Positions 55,998 to 64,000 of a stretch of DNA of 64,000 nucleotides are shown here, piece by piece. Every line of letters starts with the position of its first letter. The stretch's first letter is position 1. This DNA comes from an uncultured Vicinamibacteraceae bacterium (GTDB lineage Bacteria; Acidobacteriota; Vicinamibacteria; Vicinamibacterales; UBA8438), in assembly GCA_964646815.1 (NCBI GenBank), contig CAZYFH010000017.1, positions 2,624 to 66,623 of the forward strand, in the 5' to 3' direction. Under the pieces are notes generated by a model that saw only the letters and a program-made list of their open reading frames with translations, did no database searches and was not told where the DNA came from. The position numbers and the translations under genes are program-made.

Positions 55998-58073
55998 ATG
56001 AGATCACACCAGGGACGCGTTTGGCGGAACAGCCTGGGGCCAAGCTTTGTGCTCGCGCTAGGCGTCCTCCTGGCGATGCCCACGGTAGCGGCCGCCCAGA
56101 CGGAGCGCGGCAATCCGCATGGCGAGTGGCGCTATCAGAGTGGGGACGCCTGGGGCACCCGCTACTCGCCGCTCACCGAGATCGACGCCGACAACTTCGA
56201 GGATCTGGAACTGCAGTGGGTCTGGCGGGGTGATAACTTCAGCCCGCACCCACTGTATCTCTCGCGATCGACCCCGAGCTATATCGACGGCATCCTCTAT
56301 ACCGTCGCCGGCTACCGCCGCACAATCGCGGCGATCGACCCGGAGACCGGCGAGACGCTCTGGACCTATCGTGAGCCGAACACGCGACGCTGGGAAGAGT
56401 CGATGCGCGCGAGCTACGGCAAAGGTGTCGGCTACGGGGAGATCGATGGGCGCGGCATCATCTACATCATCACCCCCGCCTTCTTCCTGCATGCGATCGA
56501 CGCCAAGACCGGCGAGCACCTCGAAGGCTTCGGCAGCCCGGTGCCAATTCCGGGCTTCCCGCGAACGGGAGTTGTCGACCTGCTCGCCGATCTCGGCCAT
56601 GACTACGACCCCTATGAAGGCATCCCGATGGATGTCGGCTACATCACCAGTTCGTCGCCACCGATCGTCGTCAACGACACGGTCGTGGTCGGGAATTCTC
56701 ACGAGCAGGGGTACCAGCAGTCACGGATCGAAAACGTGCCGGGCGACATCCTCGCCTACGACGCCCGGACCGGCGAGCACAAATGGAAGTTCAACATCAT
56801 CCCGCAGTCGGAGAACGAATTTGGCTTCGACACCTGGGAGAACGACGCATGGCGCTGGACCGGTGACGTCTCGTCGTGGGCGCCGCTGTCGGCCGACCTC
56901 GAGCGCAACATCGTCTACATCCCGACCAACGCGCCGACGATCGACTACTACGGCGGGTTCCGGCCTGGCGATAACCTGTATGGCGACAGTGTGATCGCCC
57001 TCGACGTCGAGACCGGCCAGCGGCTCTGGCATTTCCAGATCGACCACCATCCGATCTGGAACCACGAGGTCGCGAACGTCCCGATTCTGGTCGACGTCAC
57101 GGTGGACGGCCAACGGGTTCCGATGCTCGTCCAGACGACTAAGCAGGGAATGACGTTCGCCTTCAATCGCGAAACTGGCGAGCCGGTCTGGCCTATCGAC
57201 GAGCGCCCGGTGCCCCAGTCGATCGTCCCGGGCGAGCGCTTGGCCCCCACGCAGCCATTTCCAACGAAACCGGAGCCATTAAATCCGCTGGGGCTCTCCG
57301 AAGACAACGTGATCGACTTCACGCCGGCGCTGAAACAGGAAGCGCTCGAGATCATGAGCCAGTACCGGATCGGCGGCCCGTATATGCCGCCGCTTCCGAA
57401 CAATCACACCGAAGACGTGAAAGGGTGGATTAGCTGCTTCGGCGGGATCAACATCACGAATCCGGCGGTGCTCGACCCCGAGACCGGCTACCTCTACCAG
57501 TCGAGCGGACCCGGTTGTTCGGGCCGCACGGTGCAGCCGGGGGCGGATGTCGACGGCGACAGTCACGGCTGCACGTCGGATTCGGGAGAATGCACGACCA
57601 CCGGCACGACCCTGTCCGATTGGGTGCAGGGCGGCGGCGTCGGCTGGGGCGGCCCGCAGGGCCTCCCGATTCACAAGCCGCCTTACAGCAAGATCACCGC
57701 GATCGACATGAGCACCGGTGAGCGCGTGTTCGACGTCGGGGTCGGGGAAGCCTCCGAACAGATAAAGAACCACCCGGCCCTGCGCGGCGTGGATTTATCG
57801 AACGTTAGCGGGCGAGGCCGCGCGGTCATGATGGCCACCGCCAGCCTGCTCTTCGCGACCGAGGGCTCGAACGGCCCGCCGGTGCTGAACGCACACGACA
57901 AGCGAACCGGCGCGAAGCTCGGCACCATCGAGCTGCCGGCGCCAGGGCAGTACGGCATGATGACCTACGAGCACGACGGCAGGCAGTTCATCGTCGTGCA
58001 GATCGGGCAGGGCGGATCAATTCCAGGGTCGCTCGCCGCGTTCTCCCTGCCCGACGACGAGGCGCACGACTGA
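55998..58073 (+). CDS. PQQ-dependent dehydrogenase (soluble quinoprotein), paralog of 31789..33765
   Basis: 691 aa. Signal peptide. GEWRYQSGDAWGTRYSPLTEIDADNFEDLELQW, ...HHPIWNHEVANVP..., ...YEHDGRQFIVVQIGQGG.... Confidence 0.9.
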   Translation: MRSHQGRVWRNSLGPSFVLALGVLLAMPTVAAAQTERGNPHGEWRYQSGDAWGTRYSPLTEIDADNFEDLELQWVWRGDNFSPHPLYLSRSTPSYIDGILYTVAGYRRTIAAIDPETGETLWTYREPNTRRWEESMRASYGKGVGYGEIDGRGIIYIITPAFFLHAIDAKTGEHLEGFGSPVPIPGFPRTGVVDLLADLGHDYDPYEGIPMDVGYITSSSPPIVVNDTVVVGNSHEQGYQQSRIENVPGDILAYDARTGEHKWKFNIIPQSENEFGFDTWENDAWRWTGDVSSWAPLSADLERNIVYIPTNAPTIDYYGGFRPGDNLYGDSVIALDVETGQRLWHFQIDHHPIWNHEVANVPILVDVTVDGQRVPMLVQTTKQGMTFAFNRETGEPVWPIDERPVPQSIVPGERLAPTQPFPTKPEPLNPLGLSEDNVIDFTPALKQEALEIMSQYRIGGPYMPPLPNNHTEDVKGWISCFGGINITNPAVLDPETGYLYQSSGPGCSGRTVQPGADVDGDSHGCTSDSGECTTTGTTLSDWVQGGGVGWGGPQGLPIHKPPYSKITAIDMSTGERVFDVGVGEASEQIKNHPALRGVDLSNVSGRGRAVMMATASLLFATEGSNGPPVLNAHDKRTGAKLGTIELPAPGQYGMMTYEHDGRQFIVVQIGQGGSIPGSLAAFSLPDDEAHD

Positions 58074-58111
58074 ACGACCGTTCGTAGAGCAAGGCTTTAG
58101 CCTTACCCCAG

Positions 58112-58138
58112 GCAGGCCGAAGGCCTGCTCCGGGTTTT
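58112..58138 (+). terminator. Rho-independent-type terminator after the PQQ dehydrogenase gene
   Basis: GCAGGCC-gaa-GGCCTGC (7-bp stem), followed 6 nt later by TTTT. Confidence 0.5.
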
Positions 58139-58508
58139 GACCCCGACGCGAGATCTGCGGTCGCGTGATCGGAAGGCTCATTGCCCGCCTGCGTAAGTCA
58201 GTCGCCTGGCTCTGCATCAGCCTCGTGCTGCTCGCCGCGGTGACTAAAGCCGCCGCGCGGGACAGCTCGCCGCGGTCCTCGCGCCGCTGTGGCTGCTGTG
58301 CGCGGCACTGGCCGTGCGATGGCGACCTTGCACGGCCGTCCGCCGTAACGAACGGCTCGCGTCACCGCTTGCACTCGTTTCCTCCCGCGCCCCTCCCCGG
58401 CGATTCGCACTCGTCCTCGTGTAGCCGCCGTCGCCGTAACGGCCGGCGCACCGTGTCCACGAACCCGGCTCGTCACGCTTCGCGTGATGGAAGCAGCGGG
58501 AGGACCTC

Positions 58509-60721
58509 ATGGCCGCATCGCCCCACGTCGACCGTCGCGTGCGCAACAGTGTCGGATGGCAGCATCGTCTCGCCCGTCTGCGTGGCGCCCCCATTGAATT
58601 CGACCTTCGGCCGTTCGATGAGGTGTTGGCCGAGATCGGCCGGCTAGAGGAATCCGTCTCCGGCCTGTCCGATGACCAGCTCGCAGATCGGGCACGGGCG
58701 CTTCGCGCTGGTGCGCGAAGTGACCCGGCGCGCGCTGGGTCTGCGACCCTTCGACGTGCAGATGGTGGCGGCCCTCGCGCTCTCGCGGGGCCGTATCGTC
58801 GAGATGCGCACCGGCGAGGGGAAAACCCTCGCCGCGGTGATGCCGGCGGCCCTCCACGCGTTGACGGGCGACGGGGTCCACATCCTGACGTTCAACGACT
58901 ACCTGGCCCAACGGGACGCCGAGTGGATGCGGCCGGTCTACGGGCTACTCGGCCTGTCGGTCCGCCACGTCCAGCAAGGGATGACGGCTGAGGATCGCCG
59001 TCGCGCGTACCGCGCCAACGTCACCTACGTGACCGCAAAGGAGGCTGGCTTCGATCACTTGCGTGACCTGCGGGCTACCGATCCGCGGAATGTCAGGCAC
59101 AGGCCGTTTCACATGGCGCTCGTCGACGAGGCCGATTCGTTATTGATCGACGAGGCACGGGTGCCGCTGGTCATCGCGGGACAGGCCGGTCAACGGGCGA
59201 CGTCGGCTTGTCGTGTCGCGCCGCTCGTCGCCGCCCTGACCTCAGGGGTCGATTTCGACACCTACGAGTACGGGCGAAGCGTTGGGTTGACCGAGGCGGG
59301 CATCACGCGCCTCGAGCGCGATCTGGGCATCGGCAATCTGCACGACGCCGAGCACGTCCCGCTGCTCACCGAGCTCAACTGCGCCTTACACGTGCATGTG
59401 CTGCTGCGCCGCGACGTCGACTATCTGGTACGTGATGGCCAGATCGGCATGATCGACGAGTTCACCGGCCGTGTGGTCGAGGACCGGCACTGGCCGGACG
59501 GGCTCCAGGTCGCGCTGGAGGCCAAGGAGGGCATCGATCCGCACGCAGACGGACGGATTCTCGGCTCGCTCCCGCTGCAGCACTTCCTCCGCGGGTACCC
59601 GATGCTGTGCGGCATGACCGGGACCGCCCAGGCTGCGGCCGCGGAACTCCGTGATCTGTATGCGCTCGGGGTGGTGGTCGTGCCCACGCACCACCCGATG
59701 ATCCGCATCGACCGGCCCGACGCCCTCTTCACGCATCGCGAGGCCAAGGACCAGGCCGTCGTGGTCGAAGTCCGGCGCGTCCATGCCGTCGGGCGGCCGA
59801 TTCTTGTCGGAACGCTCACCGTCGAGGAATCGGACCGGCTGGCCGGGCGGCTACGCGCCGCCGGTGTCGCCTGCCAGGTGCTGAACGCCAAGAACGACGC
59901 GACGGAAGCACGCACCGTGGCGGGGACGGGCGCGCGAGGGGCGGTCACGATCTCCACCAACATGGCTGGTCGCGGCACCGATATCCGCCTGGGCGGCGCG
60001 AGCGCCGCTGAGCACGCCGCCGTCGTCGCACTCGGCGGCCTCTACGTCATCGGCACGAATCGCCACGAGAGTCGCCGCGTCGACCTGCAGTTGCGAGGCG
60101 GGGCGACAGGGCGACCCCGGCGAGTCGCGGTTCTTCGTGAGCCTCAAGGATGAGGTGCTCGTGCGCTACGGTATCGATAGCCTCCTGCCCGCGCGACAGC
60201 CGGAGCCGTTCGACAACCCGATTGTCCGCCGCGAGATCGCGCGCGCCCAGCGAATCATCGAAGGGCAGAACTTCGAGATTCGCCGTACGCTCGAACGCTA
60301 TTCCTCGGTGTTGGAGCAGCAGCGTCAACGCGTGATGGGCCGCCGGCAAGATCTCCTGCACGGACGCCAGACGCCTGCGATCTGGCGCCGCGAGCCTGAC
60401 CGCCACGCGGCGCTGGTCGACGCCGTTGGCGAGGAGGCCGTGCGTCGCGGCGAGCTGGCGGTAACACTGTTTCATACGGACCGCGCGTGGTCGGACCACC
60501 TCGGTCGCTGCGCGGATCTGCGGGAGGGCATTCACCTCGTGCGGCTGGGGAATCAAGACCCGTTGACCCGCTTCACCGCCGAGCCAATCACCGCGTTCGA
60601 TGAACTGGAGGACGTGCTCGACCTGGCGGTCTTGGACGGGCTGGACGCCGTGCGTGTGCGCGGGGACGGGCTCGATCTTCAGGTCGCCGGGGTCAGCCTC
60701 AAGGGCCCGGCGGCCACCTAG
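58509..60721 (+). pseudogene. SecA-like preprotein translocase ATPase paralog (short, SecA2-like length) broken by two frameshifts
   Basis: Three consecutive frames carry SecA motifs. (1) 58509-: ...FDEVLAEIGRLEESVSGLSDDQLADRARA. (2) 58672-: FALVREVTRRALGLRPFDVQMVAALALSRGRIVEMRTGEGKTLAAVMPAALHALTGDGVHILTFNDYLAQRDAEWM...LVDEADSLLIDEARVPLVIAG...TISTNMAGRGTDIRLGG...NRHESRRVDLQLRG. (3) from ~60095: AGRQGDPGESRFFVSLKDEVLVRYG.... The shifts are near 58700 and 60100. Confidence 0.75.
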
Positions 60722-60908
60722 TCGTACCTGGTGAACGACGACTCGTTTCGTGACCAGATCGGTCAGATGCTGACAGAAACGGCCGGACCAGCGTCGCTAT
60801 CCTCTCTGCCGCGCTCCTAGCGCCGCTCGTGATTACGTGGGCGCTCGCGGACCGGTACCTGCGCAAGCGCCCACGTCGGCGCTCCGACCCGTTCCGGTAG
60901 GAGCCGTC

Positions 60909-61880
60909 CTACTTCGCCACCGCTTTTCGCTCGTCGGCGCGCGTGCCGGAGAGGATACCTTCCAGGGAGTAGTTCCCCTCGTGGCACGCGTACTCGAAGA
61001 GTGGGAGGTCGTTCCGTCGCATCGGGACCTCAGCGGACCAGGGTGCCGTCCAGGTCGCGGGGTCGTCGACGGTGAATGCGTAGAGCAGGGTCTCGGCATC
61101 AACACGGGTGAAACGCTCGATCAGGTGCCGACCCGGCGTCGTGCCCCGCCAACTGTGCTTGTCGCTGAAGTTGGTAGTCTCGACGACCAGCGTGTCGCCT
61201 TCCCAGTGACCACGGGACTCGCCGGTCCACGAATCGATGGTCGGACGCGGGCGACCATCGAGCGGGATGATCCGAGAGTCGTGCACCATCTCGTTAAGCA
61301 CCACGACGTGATCGGGCGTCTGGAACACCTGCATGTTCTGGTTGTAGCCACCGGGCGTCATCGGTGGACCCTGGTTGAACCCGAGGATGCAGCGGTCGAA
61401 CGAGCTTCGGGTGAGATAGGTGTCGGCCGGATGCTCGCGCCGGTAGTCCCGGCGTGCGGCGGCGAGCCGCTCGCTTTGCGGCGTCAACGGCGGCATCCGC
61501 CCGTTCGGCGGATCCACGATGAGCGACGTCCGTCGATTCCCGACGACGTTGGTCCCGCGGTCCATCCAGAAATTGTTGTACGCACCGACACTCCCGCCGG
61601 CTTCCGTTTTCCGGGCTGCTTGGTACAACAGGCGTTCATCCCGGGCCACGGCTTCCTGTTCGAGGTTCGCCGCTTCTTCCGCGGTGAGAAACTCCTGGTC
61701 CCCGAGCTCTTCAGGCCGCTGGAGCGGCGTGATCGTACGGAAGTCCCAGACGCCCTGAAGGTCCGGGGCGCCCCACGGCGTCTGGGGCGACGCGGGTGCG
61801 CCCTGCCCGGACACCGACGCGGGCACCAGCGACGCGAAAAGGCTCGCCATCAACACTGCCGTGAGACATCGGTTTGTCAT
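60909..61880 (-). CDS. Hypothetical secreted protein
   Basis: 323 aa. Signal MTNRCLTAVLMASLFASLVPASVSGQ. ...PDLQGVWDFRTITPLQRP..., ...NNFWMDRG..., ...RCILGFNQGPPMTPGGYNQNMQVFQTPDHVVVLNEMVHDSRIIPLDGRP..., ...EYACHEGNYSL.... Looks like a conserved family, but I cannot name it. Confidence 0.65.
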   Translation of the reverse strand: MTNRCLTAVLMASLFASLVPASVSGQGAPASPQTPWGAPDLQGVWDFRTITPLQRPEELGDQEFLTAEEAANLEQEAVARDERLLYQAARKTEAGGSVGAYNNFWMDRGTNVVGNRRTSLIVDPPNGRMPPLTPQSERLAAARRDYRREHPADTYLTRSSFDRCILGFNQGPPMTPGGYNQNMQVFQTPDHVVVLNEMVHDSRIIPLDGRPRPTIDSWTGESRGHWEGDTLVVETTNFSDKHSWRGTTPGRHLIERFTRVDAETLLYAFTVDDPATWTAPWSAEVPMRRNDLPLFEYACHEGNYSLEGILSGTRADERKAVAK

Positions 61881-62200
61881 CTCTCACCCTCCTGTAGCGC
61901 GCTCTTGGTCTTGATGACCATCGCGGTGGCCACCGGCTCGTCGTGTTGCGACAGCTCGGCTTCCAGCTGTTGGTGTTCCTTGAACGCGATCCACTGCGCA
62001 TCGGTCCAGTGCCGCCGGTGACCGCGCGGTTGGTGCGCTAGCTCGACGCCGTCGGTACCGGCGTAGACCGGGACCGTCCGCGTCGGGTTGCGTTTCGCCA
62101 CGATACGCGCCGCAAGCGGCACCGCGTCGGTCACTTCGTGCGTCGGGAGCGGCACCGATTCGTACTCCACACCGCGCGCGTCACGATAGACGACTGCCAC
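61877..62200 (-). CDS. Hypothetical protein (107 aa), translationally coupled to 60909..61880
   Basis: ORF track. 4-nt ATGA-type overlap with the downstream gene. No recognisable motif. Confidence 0.45.
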   Translation of the reverse strand: MAVVYRDARGVEYESVPLPTHEVTDAVPLAARIVAKRNPTRTVPVYAGTDGVELAHQPRGHRRHWTDAQWIAFKEHQQLEAELSQHDEPVATAMVIKTKSALQEGER

Positions 62201-62275
62201 CTGCGTATTCTAGTGGCAGCGTCAACGGTTCAGGAGCGCGGCTCGCCGTCCGGGCTCGAGTCGGGTTGGCCGTAA

Positions 62276-62291
62276 TACTACCCCTGTAGTG
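62276..62291. promoter_or_regulatory. Inverted repeat TACTAC-cccT-GTAGTG (core ACTAC-N4-GTAGT) 11 nt upstream of the BlaI-family gene; putative operator
   Basis: Read directly. It resembles the TAC..AC/GT..GTA half-sites used by BlaI/MecI/CopY-type repressors, and lies in the 101-bp divergent intergenic region. Confidence 0.4.
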
Positions 62292-62301
62292 GTATTGCGG
62301 A

Positions 62302-62718
62302 ATGGCTCCCGTGTCTCAGAAGCGCGCCATCCGCCTCGACGAGCTTTGGAAGCGGCGGCCATGCGGGTTCGTCTGGGATCCCGGTGAAGCGACAGTACAG
62401 GATGTGGTCCGGGCGCTCGAAGCGTCGCGGTCGACGGCCTACACCACTGTGCTCACCGTGATGTCAAGGCTCACGGATAAGGGTCTGCTCAGTCGGCGGA
62501 AGAACGGGCGCGCTTTCGTCTTTCGTCCGGTGACACCGCATCGAACGGTCGCGGGGTCGCTGCTCAGCACGCTGGTCGAGCGGCTATATGCGGGATCGAC
62601 CGCGCGGGGCGTCGAGCATCTGACCGAGACCGAAGCTGACGTCGACGAGCGGGAGCTCGCGCGCCTAGAGTCGCTCATCAGGGCGAAGCGGAGGAGCAGA
62701 AGGACGAGACCGAGGTAA
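62302..62718 (+). CDS. BlaI/MecI/CopY family transcriptional repressor
   Basis: 138 aa. ...ATVQDVVRALEASRSTAYTTVLTVMSRLTDKGLLSRRKNGRAFVFRPV...LVERLYAGSTARGVEHL...ELARLESLIRAKR follows the family winged-helix and C-terminal helix pattern. Confidence 0.8.
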   Translation: MAPVSQKRAIRLDELWKRRPCGFVWDPGEATVQDVVRALEASRSTAYTTVLTVMSRLTDKGLLSRRKNGRAFVFRPVTPHRTVAGSLLSTLVERLYAGSTARGVEHLTETEADVDERELARLESLIRAKRRSRRTRPR

Positions 62719-62890
62719 CGCGGTTCGCGCTCTTCAACCTGCTGCCAGGCCGGCGCCGCCGGGCACCTGCCGAAGCGGTCAGCGGCATCCGAGCTTTCTA
62801 TTGCAACCTCCACCGTACTCAACGGCCGCACCTACCTGACCACTACTCATCACACGCGACGCGTCGCCATCCGTCGGGCCCTCTCCGATT

Positions 62891-63094
62891 CCTGAGCACC
62901 TCGGCGACCTGACGCCTCGGCAGCACGAGACACTGCAACTCGTCGCCGAAGGCCACGCGGCGAAAGACATTCGCCACCAGGCTCCGAATCTCAGTTAATT
63001 TCACAAGACGCGAACCATGGACCGCCTGGGACTCCGAACGGCGTCGGAGCTGACGAAGTACGCCGTCGCGCACGGCGTCACCAAGCTTCCGTGA
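62891..63094 (+). pseudogene. Relic of a LuxR/FixJ-type HTH (response-regulator C-terminal domain) with in-frame TAA
   Basis: LTPRQHETLQLVAEGHAAKDIRHQAPNLS-TAA(62996)-FHKTRTMDRLGLRTASELTKYAVAHGVTKLP* matches LTpRE.evLqLvAeG.s.KeIA..L.iS.kTVe.Hr..im.KLg.r..aeL..yA. Several residues are deleted around the stop. No receiver domain lies upstream. Confidence 0.55.
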
Positions 63095-63134
63095 TCGACG
63101 CGCGACGGATCACTGTGCGGGTGCGGGATGAGGA

Positions 63135-64000
63135 TCAGCAGCAGCCGGGGCCGCAGTCGTCCGCGTCGATCATGACGTCGCGAGCGCTCGTCGCCTCATC
63201 GACGATCACGAACGATGCGTGGTACGGCGGCTGCGCCAGCTTCGCGGCTGTATCGGTGCAAACCTCGACCGGCGTGCCGCGGGGAAAGAAATGGCCCTCT
63301 TCGTCGATAACGGCCTTTTGCGGACCAAGGTAGACTGCATACTGTCCGACATACCGGCAGCCCGCCTTCTTCTCGAACTTGAATCCACGCACCGTGACCG
63401 AGGAGAACGTGCAGCCTTCGACCTCTTTCCAGAATGATTTCTTCACCAAGGAAACGCCGTAGAAACCGGCGCGCTCCAACCCTGCCAGCAGCGCTTCCTC
63501 GGTCAGCGCGCCGCTGATGCACTCGCCCCAGAGCTGGCCGTCCGCGCGCATCCGCGGCGGGACTTCTCGGTCGGAGACGATATCGGCAATGACGGCGCGG
63601 CCATGGTCCCTCAACACGCGCCAGATCTCGCGAAACACCCGTGGCTTGTCGGTCGACAGATTTATTACGCAGTTCGACGTTACGACGTCCGCCGTGCCGT
63701 CGCCCAGCGGGATCTCCTCAAGGTAGCCCTTCTGGAACGCGACGACATCGTAGCCGAGCGCCGCGGCCACTTTCGGTTGGCAGTCACGCGCAACGGCGAG
63801 CATCTGGTCGGTCATGTCGATCCCGATCACGCGCCCGTCAACCCCGACCTTCTTCGCAGCGATGAAGCAGTCGATGCCTGCGCCCGATCCGAGGTCGACC
63901 ATCATCTCACCGACCGCGAGCGCCGCAGCCGTGACCGGACTCCCACAGCCATAGAAGCGTTCGACGACCTCTTTCGGAATGTGCGCGAGATCGCTCTCAT
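63135..64000 (-). CDS. SAM-dependent methyltransferase, arsenite methyltransferase (ArsM)-like; N-terminus lies right of the window
   Basis: The frame is open to the window edge: ...ESDLAHIPKEVVERFYGCGSPVTAAALAVGEMMVDLGSGAGIDCFIAAKKVG..GRVIGIDMTDQML...ADVVTSNCVINLSTDKPRVFREIWRVLRDHGRAVIADIV.... Cys-rich C-terminus DADDCGPGCC. Confidence 0.75.
   Translation of the reverse strand, partial: ESDLAHIPKEVVERFYGCGSPVTAAALAVGEMMVDLGSGAGIDCFIAAKKVGVDGRVIGIDMTDQMLAVARDCQPKVAAALGYDVVAFQKGYLEEIPLGDGTADVVTSNCVINLSTDKPRVFREIWRVLRDHGRAVIADIVSDREVPPRMRADGQLWGECISGALTEEALLAGLERAGFYGVSLVKKSFWKEVEGCTFSSVTVRGFKFEKKAGCRYVGQYAVYLGPQKAVIDEEGHFFPRGTPVEVCTDTAAKLAQPPYHASFVIVDEATSARDVMIDADDCGPGCC

Overview
Visibly GC-rich bacterial chromosomal segment. 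The gene content (ADOP/FtsX permease relic, many secreted PQQ-type propellers, CBM9/DUF5916 outer-membrane protein) suggests a soil or sediment Gemmatimonadota- or Acidobacteriota-like organism, but that is inference only. I can support about 45 intact CDS. Housekeeping anchors are rpoD, a 5'-3' exonuclease, ppk1, a DEAD-box helicase, msrB and pntAA-pntAB-pntB. Most other genes encode secreted or periplasmic redox and hydrolase proteins. Main points: (1) A tightly packed four-gene minus-strand operon (7625..12703) matches, from memory, the computationally predicted GASH / double-GTPase / GAP1 'GTPase-associated' conflict system, for which I know of no experimental work. Its first GTPase lacks the P-loop lysine. 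(2) There are eight PQQ-type beta-propeller genes, one of them a deletion remnant, and no pqq biosynthesis genes. (3) An octahaem cytochrome c lipoprotein plus a DUF2231 protein is divergent from two propeller genes. (4) A MazE/MazF-like toxin-antitoxin module has an AT-rich palindromic operator and sits between two decayed genes. (5) Gene relics are unusually dense: at least ten truncated, frameshifted or stop-interrupted genes, including a SecA paralog. I found no rRNA, tRNA, CRISPR array, transposase or integrase. Many long ORFs in the track are antisense artefacts of high GC content. Several track ORFs were trimmed to internal starts supported by a signal peptide plus a Shine-Dalgarno sequence.
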